NCBI RefSeq assembly: GCF_009914755.1
Contig: NC_060936.1
Strand: one strand, 5' to 3'
DNA from: the human T2T-CHM13v2.0 reference genome, Homo sapiens
DNA length: 64,000 nucleotides
The notes under the pieces were generated by a model that did not search any database, was not told where the DNA came from, and saw only the letters and a program-made list of their open reading frames with translations. Below are positions 56,301 to 64,000 of this stretch, one piece after another. Position 1 is the stretch's first letter; every line of letters begins with the position of its first letter. The translations under genes were made by a program, and so were the position numbers.

Positions 56301-59300
56301 AAAACAGGGTTTCACATCTGCTCTGTCTAAAGGACAGTTCACCTCTGTGAGTTGAATAGAGGCAACACAAAGAACTTACTCAGTATTCTTCTTTCTAACG
56401 TTCTATGAAGAAATCCCGTTTCCAACGAAGGCCTCAAAGAGGTCCAAATATCTGCTTGCAGACTTTACAGACAGAGTGTTTCCAAACTACTCTATGAAAA
56501 GAAAGCTTAAACTCCTTGAGTTGAACGCACACATCACAAAGTAGTTTCTGAGAATGATTCTGTCTAGTTTTTATACGAAGATGTTTCCTTTTCTACATTT
56601 GGTCTCAAAGCGATTGAAATCTCCAACTGGAAACTGCACAAATAGGGTGTTTCAAATCTGCTCTGTCTAAAGGAAGGTTCAACTCTGTGAGTTGAATACA
56701 CACACCACAAATAAGTTACTGAGAATTCTTCTGTCGAACATTACTTGAAGAAATCCCGTTTCCAACGAAGGCCTCAAAGAGGTCCAAATATCCACTTGCA
56801 GACATTACAAACAGAGTGTTTCCAAACTGCTCCATCAAAAGAAAGGTTAAACTCTGTGAGCTGAACACACACATCAAAAAGAAGTTTCTGTGAATGATTC
56901 TGTCTAGATTTTATAAGAAGATATTTCCTTTTCTACCGTAGGCCACAAAGCGCTTGAAATCTCCAGCTGCAAATTCCACAAAAAGCGTGTTTAACATCTG
57001 CTCTTCTAAAGGAAAGTTCAACTCTATGCGTTGAATACACCCAGCACAAAGAAGTTACTGAGACTTCTCCTATCAAACATTATATGAAGAAATCCCGTTT
57101 CCAACGAAGGCCTCAAAGAGGTCCAAATATCTGCTTGCAGACTTTAAAGACAGAGTTTTTCCAAACTGCTCCATCAAAAGAAAGGTTAAACTCCTTGAGT
57201 TGAACACACACATCACAAAGTAGTTTCTGTGAATGATTCTGTCTAGTTTTTATACGAAGATGTTTCCTTTTCTACCTTTGGTCTCAAAGCGATTGAAATC
57301 TCCACATGGAAACTCCACAAAAAGAGTGTTTCAAATCTGCTCTTTCTGAAGGAAGGTTCAACTCTGTGAGTTGAATACACACACCACAAATAAGTTACTG
57401 AGAATTCTTCTGTGTAACATTATATGAGGAAATCCCGTTTCCAACGAAGGCCCCAAAGAGGTCCAAATATCCACTTGCAGACTTTACAAAGACAGTGTCT
57501 CCAAACTCCTCCATCAAAAGAAAGGTTATACTCTGTGAATTGAACGCACACATCACAAAGTAGTTTCTGAGAATGATTCTGTCTAGTTTTTATACGAAGA
57601 TATTTCCTTTTCTACATTTGGCCTAAAAGCGCTTGAAATCTCCACCTGCAAATATCACAAAAAGAGGGTTTCACATCTGCTCTGTCTAAAGGACAGTTCA
57701 CCTCTGTGAGTTGAGTAGAGGCAACACAAAGAACTTACTCAGTATTCTTCTTTCTAGCGTTCTATGAAGAAATCACGTTTCCAACGAAGGCCCCAATGAG
57801 GTCCAAATATCTGCTTGCAGACTTTACAGACAGAGTGTTTCCAAACTACTCTATGAAAAGAAAGCTTAAACTTCTTGAGTTGAACGCACACATCACAAAG
57901 TAGTTTCTGAGAATGATTCTGTCTAGTTTTTATACGAAGATGTTTCCTTTTCTACATTTGGTCTCAAAGCGATTGAAATCTCCAACTGGAAACTGCACAA
58001 ATAGGGTGTTTCAAATCTGCTCTGTCTAAAGGAAGGTTCAACTCTTTGAGTTGAATACACACACCACAAATAAGTTACTGAGAATTCTTCTGTCGAACAT
58101 TACTTGAAGAAATCCCGTTTCCAACGAAGGCCTCAAAGAGGTCCAAATATCCACTTGCAGACATTACAAACAGAGTGTTTCCAAACTGCTCCATCAAAAG
58201 AAAGGTTAAACTCTGTGAGCTGAACACACACATCAAAAAGAAGTTTCTGTGAATGATTCTGTCTAGATTTTATAAGAAGATGTTTCCTTTTCTACCGTAG
58301 GCCTCAAAGCGCTTGAAATCTCCAGCTGCAAATTCCACAAAAATGGTGTTTAACATCTGCCCTTCTAAAGGAAAGTTCAACTCTACGAGTTGAATACACA
58401 CAGCACAAAGAAGTTACTGAGACTTCTCCTATCAAACATTATATGAAGAAATCCCGTTTCCAACGAAGGCCTCAAAGAGGTCCAAATATCTGCTTGCAGA
58501 CTTTACAGACAGAGTGTTTCCAAACTGCTCCATCAAAAGAAAGGTTAAACTCCTTGAGTTGAACACACACATCACAAAGTAGTTTCTGTGAATGATTCTG
58601 TCTAGTTTTTATACGAAGATGTTTCCTTTTCTACCTTTGGTCTCAAAGCGATTGAAATCTCCACATGGAAACTCCACAAAAAGAGTGTTTCAAATCTGCT
58701 CTTTCTGAAGGAAGGTTCAACTCTGTGAGTTGAATACACACACCACAAATAAGTTACTGAGAATTCTTCTGTGTAACATTATATGAGGAAATCCCGTTTC
58801 CAACGAAGGCCTCAAAGAGGTCCAAATATCCACTTGCAGACTTTACAAAGACAGTGTCTCCAAACTCCTCCATCAAAAGAAAGGTTATACTCTGTGAATT
58901 GAACGCACACATCACAAAGTAGTTTCTGAGAATGATTCTGTCTAGTTTTTATACGAAGATATTTCCTTTTCTACATTTGGCCTAAAAGCGCTTGAAATCT
59001 CCACCTGCAAATATCACAAAAAGAGGGTTTCACATCTGCTCTGTCTAAAGGACAGTTCACCTCTGTGAGTTGAATAGAGGCAACACAAAGAACTTACTCA
59101 GTATTCTTCTTTCTAGCATTCTATGAAGAAATCCCGTTTCCAACGTAGGCCCCAAAGAGGTCCAAATATCTGCTTGCAGACTTTACAAAGACAGTGTCTC
59201 CAAACTCCTCCATCAAAAGAAAGGTTATACTCTGTGAATTGAACGCACACATCACAAAGTAGTTTCTGAGAATGATTCTGTCTAGTTTTTATATGAAGAT

Positions 59301-59860
59301 ATTTCCTTTTCTACATTTGGCCTAAAAGCGCTTGAAATCTCCACCTGCAAATATCACAAAAACAGGGTTTCACATCTGCTCTGTCTAAAGGACAGTTCAC
59401 CTCTGTGAGTTGAATAGAGGCAACACAAAGAACTTACTCAGTATTCTTCTTTCTAACGTTCTATGAAGAAATCCCGTTTCCAACGAAGGCCTCAAAGAGG
59501 TCCAAATATCTGCTTGCAGACTTTACAGACAGAGTGTTTCCAAACTACTCTATGAAAAGAAAGCTTAAACTCCTTGAGTTGAACGCACACATCACAAAGT
59601 AGTTTCTGAGAATGATTCTGTCTAGTTTTTATACGAAGATGTTTCCTTTTCTACATTTGGTCTCAAAGCGATTGAAATCTCCAACTGGAAACTGCACAAA
59701 TAGGGTGTTTCAAATCTCCTCTGTCTAAAGGAAGGTTCAACTCTGTGAGTTGAATACACACACCACAAATAAGTTACTGAGAATTCTTCTGTCGAACATT
59801 ACTTGAAGAAATCCCGTTTCCAACGAAGGCCTCAAAGAGGTCCAAATATCCACTTGCAGA
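53381..59860 (-). repeat. Two tandem 18-mer super-units (period 3058 bp: B-C-D-A-B-C-D-A-A')
   Basis: Private variants recur at +3058: aaaagcgtgt (~53925/56983), acccagc, aaaatggtg, gcccttc, ctagcattc, caacgtagg (dimers 56074/59132), aaaacaggg. Confidence 0.92.
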
Positions 59861-62800
59861 CTTTACAAAGACAGTGTCTCCAAACTCCTCCATCAAAAGA
59901 AAGGTTATACTCTGTGAATTGAACGCACACATCACAAAGTAGTTTCTGAGAATGATTCTGTCTAGTTTTTATACGAAGATATTTCCTTTTCTACATTTGG
60001 CCTAAAAGCGCTTGAAACCTCCACCTGCAAATATCACAAAAAGAGGGTTTCACATCTGCTCTGTCTAAAGGACAGTTCACCTCTGTGAGTTGAATAGAGG
60101 CAACACAAAGAACTTACTCAGTATTCTTCTTTCTAGCGTTCTATGAAGAAATCCCGTTTCCAACGAAGACCCCAATGAGGTCCAAATATCTGCTTGCAGA
60201 CTTTACAGACAGAGTGTTTCCAAACTACTCTATGAAAAGAAAGCTTAAACTCCTTGAGTTGAACGCACACATCACAAAGTAGTTTCTGAGAATGATGCTG
60301 TCTAGTTTTTGTACGAAGATGTTTCCTTTTCTACATTTGGTCTCAAAGCGATTGAAATCTCCAACTGGAGACTGCACAAATAGGGTGTTTCAAATCTGCT
60401 CTGTCTAAAGGAAGGTTCAACTCTGTGAGTTGAATACACACACCACAAATAAGTTACTGAGAATTCTTCTGTCGAACATTACAGGAAGAAATCCCGTTTC
60501 CAACGAAGGCCTCAAAGAGGTCCAAATATCCACTTGCAGACATTACAAACAGAGTGTTTCCAAACTGCTCCATCAAAAGAAAGGTTAAACTCTGTGAGCT
60601 GAACACACACATCAAAAAGAAGTTTCTGTGAATGATTCTGTCTAGCTTTTATAAGAAGATGTTTCCTTTTCTACCGTAGGCCTCAAAGCGCTTGAAATCT
60701 CCAGCTGCAAATTCCACAAAAAGGGTGTTTAACATCTGCTCTTCTAAAGGAAAGTTCAACTCTATGAGTTGAATACACACAGCACAAAGAAGTTACTGAG
60801 ACTTCTCCTATCAAACATTATATGAAGAAATCCCGTTTCCAACGAAGGCCTCAAAGAGGTCCAAATATCTGCTTGCAGACTTTACAGACAGAGTGTTTCC
60901 AAACTGCTCCATCAAAAGAAAGGTTAAACTCCTTGAGTTGAACACACACATCACAAAGTAGTTTCTGTGAATGATTCTGTCTAGTTTTTATACGAAGATG
61001 TTTCCTTTTCTACCTTTGGTCTGAAAGCGATTGAAATCTCCACATGGAAACTCCACAAAAGGAGTGTTTCAAATCTGCTCTTTCTGAAGGAAGGTTCAAC
61101 TCTGTGAGTTGAATACACACACCACAAATAAGTTACTGAGAATTCTTCTGTGTAACATTATATGAGGAAATCCCGTTTCCAACGAAGGCCTCAAAGAGGT
61201 CCAAATATCCACTTGCAGACTTTACAAAGACAGTGTCTCCAAACTCCTCCATCAAAAGAAAGGTTATACTCTGTGAATTGAATGCACACATCACAAAGTA
61301 GTTTCTGAGAATGATTCTGTCTAGTTTTTATACGAAGATATTTCCTTTTCTACATTTGGCCTAAAAGCGCTTGAAATCTCCACCTGCAAATATCACAAAA
61401 AGAGGGTTTCACATCTGCTCTGTCTAAAGGACAGTTCACCTCTGTGAGTTGAATAGAGGCAACACAAAGAACTTACTCAGTATTCTTCTTTCTAGCGTTC
61501 TATGAAGAAATCCCGTTTCCAACGAAGGCCCCAAAGAGGTCCAAATATCTGCTTGCAGACTTTACAGACAGAGTGTTTCCAAACTACTCTATGAAAAGAA
61601 AGCTTAAACTCCTTGAGTTGAACGCACACATCACAAAGTAGTTTCTGAGAATGATTCTGTCTAGTTTTTATACGAAGATGTTTCCTTTTCTACATTTGGT
61701 CTCAAAGCGATTGAAATCTCCACCTGGAAACTGCACAAATAGGGTGTATCAAATCTGCTCTGTCTAAAGAAGGTTCAACTCTGTGAGTTGAATACACACA
61801 CCACAAATAAGTTACTGAGAATTCTTCTGTCGAACATTACTTGAAGAAATCCCGTTTCCAACGAAGGCCTCAAAGAGGTCCAAATATCTGCTTGCAGACT
61901 TTACAGACAGAGTGTTTCCAAACTACTCTATGAAAAGAAAGCTTAAACTCCTTGAGTTGAACGCACACATCACAAAGTAGTTTCTGAGAATGATTCTGTC
62001 TAGTTTTTATACGAAGATGTTTCCTTTTCTACATTTGGTCTCAAAGCGATTGAAATCTCCAACTGGAAACTGCACAAATAGGGTGTTTCAAATCTGCTCT
62101 GTCTAAAGGAAGGTTCAACTCTGTGAGTTGAATACACACACCACAAATAAGTTACTGAGAATTCTTCTGTCGAAAATTACTTGAAGAAATCCCGTTTCCA
62201 ACTAAGGCCTCAAAGAGGTCCAAATATCCTCTTGCAGACATTACAAACAGAGTGTTTCCAAACTGCTCCATCAAAAGAAAGGTTAAACTCTGTGAGCTGA
62301 ACACACACATCAAAAAGAAGTTTCTGTGAATGATTCTGTCTAGATTTTATAAGAAGATGTTTCCTTTTCTACCGTAGGCCTCAAAGCGCTTGAAATCTCC
62401 AGCTGCAAATTCCACAAAAAGGGTGTTTAACATCTGCTCTTCTAAAGGAAAGTTCAACTCAATGAGTTGAATACACACAGCACAAAGAAGTTACTGAGAC
62501 TTCTCCTATCAAACATCATATGAAGAAATCCCGTTTCCAACAAAGGCCTCAAAGAGGTCCAAATATCTGCTTGCAGACTTTACAAAGACAGTGTCTCCAA
62601 ACTCCTCCATCAAAAGAAAGGTTATACTCTGTGAATTGAACGCACACATCACAAAGTAGTTTCTGAGAATGATTCTGTCTAGTTTTTATACGAAGATATT
62701 TTTTTTTCTACATTTGGCCTAAAAGCGCTTGAAATCTCCACCTGCAAATATCACAAAAAGAGGGTTTCACATCTGCTCTTTCTAAAGGACAGTTCACCTC

Positions 62801-64000
62801 TGTGAGTTGAATAGAGGCAACACAAAGAACTTACTCAGTATTCTTCTTTCTAGCGTTCTATGAAGAAATCCCGTTTCCAACGAAGGCCCCAAAGAGGTCC
62901 AAATATCTGCTTGCAGACTTTACAGACAGAGTGTTTCCAAACTACTCTATGAAAAGAAAGCTTAAACTCCTTGAGTTGAACGCACACATCACAAAGTAGT
63001 TTCTGAGAATGATGCTGTCTAGTTTTTATACGAAGATGTTTCCTTTTCTACATTTGGTCTCAAAGCGATTGAAATCTCCAACTGGAAACTGCACAAATAG
63101 GGTGTTTCAAATCTGCTCTGTCTAAAGGAAGGTTCAACTCTGTGAGTTGAATACACACACCAAAAATAAGTTACTGAGAATTCTTCTGTCGAAAATTACT
63201 TGAAGAAATCCCGTTTCCAACGAAGGCCTCAAAGAGGTCCAAATATCCACTTGCAGACATTACAAACAGAGTGTTTCCAAACTGCTCCATCAAAAGAAAG
63301 GTTAAACTCTGTGAGCTGAACACACACATCAAAAAGAAGTTTCTGTGAATGATTCTGTCTAGATTTTATAAGAAGATGTTTCCTTTTCTACCATAGGCCA
63401 CAAAGCGCTTGAAATCTCCAGCTGCAAATTCCACAAAAAGGGTGTTTAACATCTGCTCTTCTAAAGGAAAGTTCAACTCTATGCGTTGAATACACACAGC
63501 ACAAAGAAGTTACTGAGACTTCTCCTATCAAACATTATATGAAGAAATCCCGTTTCCAACGAAGGCCTCAAAGAGGTCCAAATATCTGCTTGCAGACTTT
63601 ACAGACAGAGTTTTTCCAAACTGCTCCATCAAAAGAAAGGTTAAACTCCTTGAGTTGAACACACACATCACAAAGTAGTTTCTGTGAATGATTCTGTCTA
63701 GTTTTTATACGAAGATGTTTCCTTTTCTACCTTTGGTCTCAAAGCGATTGAAATCTCCACATGGAAACTCCACAAAAAGAGTGTTTCAAATCTGCTCTTT
63801 CTGAAGGAAGGTTCAACTCTGTGAGTTGAATACACACACCACAAATAAGTTACTGAGAATTCTTCTGTGTAACATTATATGAGGAAATCCCGTTTCCAAC
63901 GAAGGCCTCAAAGAGGTCCAAATATCCACTTGCAGACTTTACAAAGACAGTGTCTCCAAACTCCTCCATCAAAAGAAAGGTTATACTCTGTGAATTGAAC

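Larger units (their letters stand above)
1..64000 (-). repeat. Centromeric alpha-satellite HOR array, SF1 dimeric type (~340-bp dimers, about 188 of them)
   Basis: Continuous ~170-bp tandem monomers. The reverse complement matches the alphoid consensus (e.g. CATTCTCAGAAACTACTTTGTGATGTGTGCGTTCAACTC). A CENP-B box recurs every 336-340 bp from 40 to 63888. No interruption or inversion was seen. Confidence 0.99.
1..64000 (-). repeat. Probable human chromosome 10 live centromeric array D10Z1 (S1C10H1L); the chromosome 12 D12Z3 8-mer is the main alternative
   Basis: An SF1 8-mer (1359 bp) co-occurs with 6-mer, 14-mer and 18-mer variants. From recall this combination characterises D10Z1. It was not verified by alignment. 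Confidence 0.7.

Noticed and set aside
40-63904. CRISPR-like regularly spaced conserved motif (gaaatcccgtttccaacgaaggcc)
   Set aside because: The intervening sequences are ~300 bp and are themselves repeats rather than unique spacers. No cas genes are present, and the motif is the CENP-B box region.
1-64000. L1/Alu insertion, inversion or non-alphoid island
   Set aside because: Box spacing stays at 336-340 bp in one orientation throughout, leaving no room for an insertion. No poly-A tail or target-site duplication was seen.
1-64000. A previously undescribed biological system
   Set aside because: Everything is explained by a known class of sequence (SF1 alpha-satellite HOR). Only the fine-scale variant architecture may be undescribed, and I cannot establish novelty without database comparison.

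Overview
The whole 64 kb window is one uninterrupted primate, almost certainly human, centromeric alpha-satellite higher-order-repeat (HOR) array. It consists of ~170-bp monomers on the minus strand relative to the usual consensus. Monomers pair into ~340-bp dimers with a CENP-B box (TCCCGTTTCCAACGAAG on +) in every second monomer, which is the suprachromosomal family 1 (SF1) pattern. I found no genes, RNA genes, transposons or orientation switches, and the six listed ORFs are satellite artefacts. I parsed the array by eye into four dimer types, numbered from each CENP-B box: A (340 bp), B (340), C (339) and D (340). ABCD is a 1359-bp 8-mer. A 1019-bp 6-mer (ABC) alternates with it to give a 2378-bp 14-mer. 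Near the right end there are an 18-mer (3058 bp), a 4-mer and a BB duplication. This mix best fits the chromosome 10 live array D10Z1, recalled from memory and not verified. I do not see an undescribed biological system. The interest lies in the array's recorded history: a ~21-23 kb block duplication edited by whole-HOR gains and losses, hybrid dimers with clustered and reciprocal breakpoints, an amplified haplotype with a broken CENP-B box plus one apparent repair of it, and a change of regime at ~53 kb. All counts were made by eye and should be confirmed computationally.
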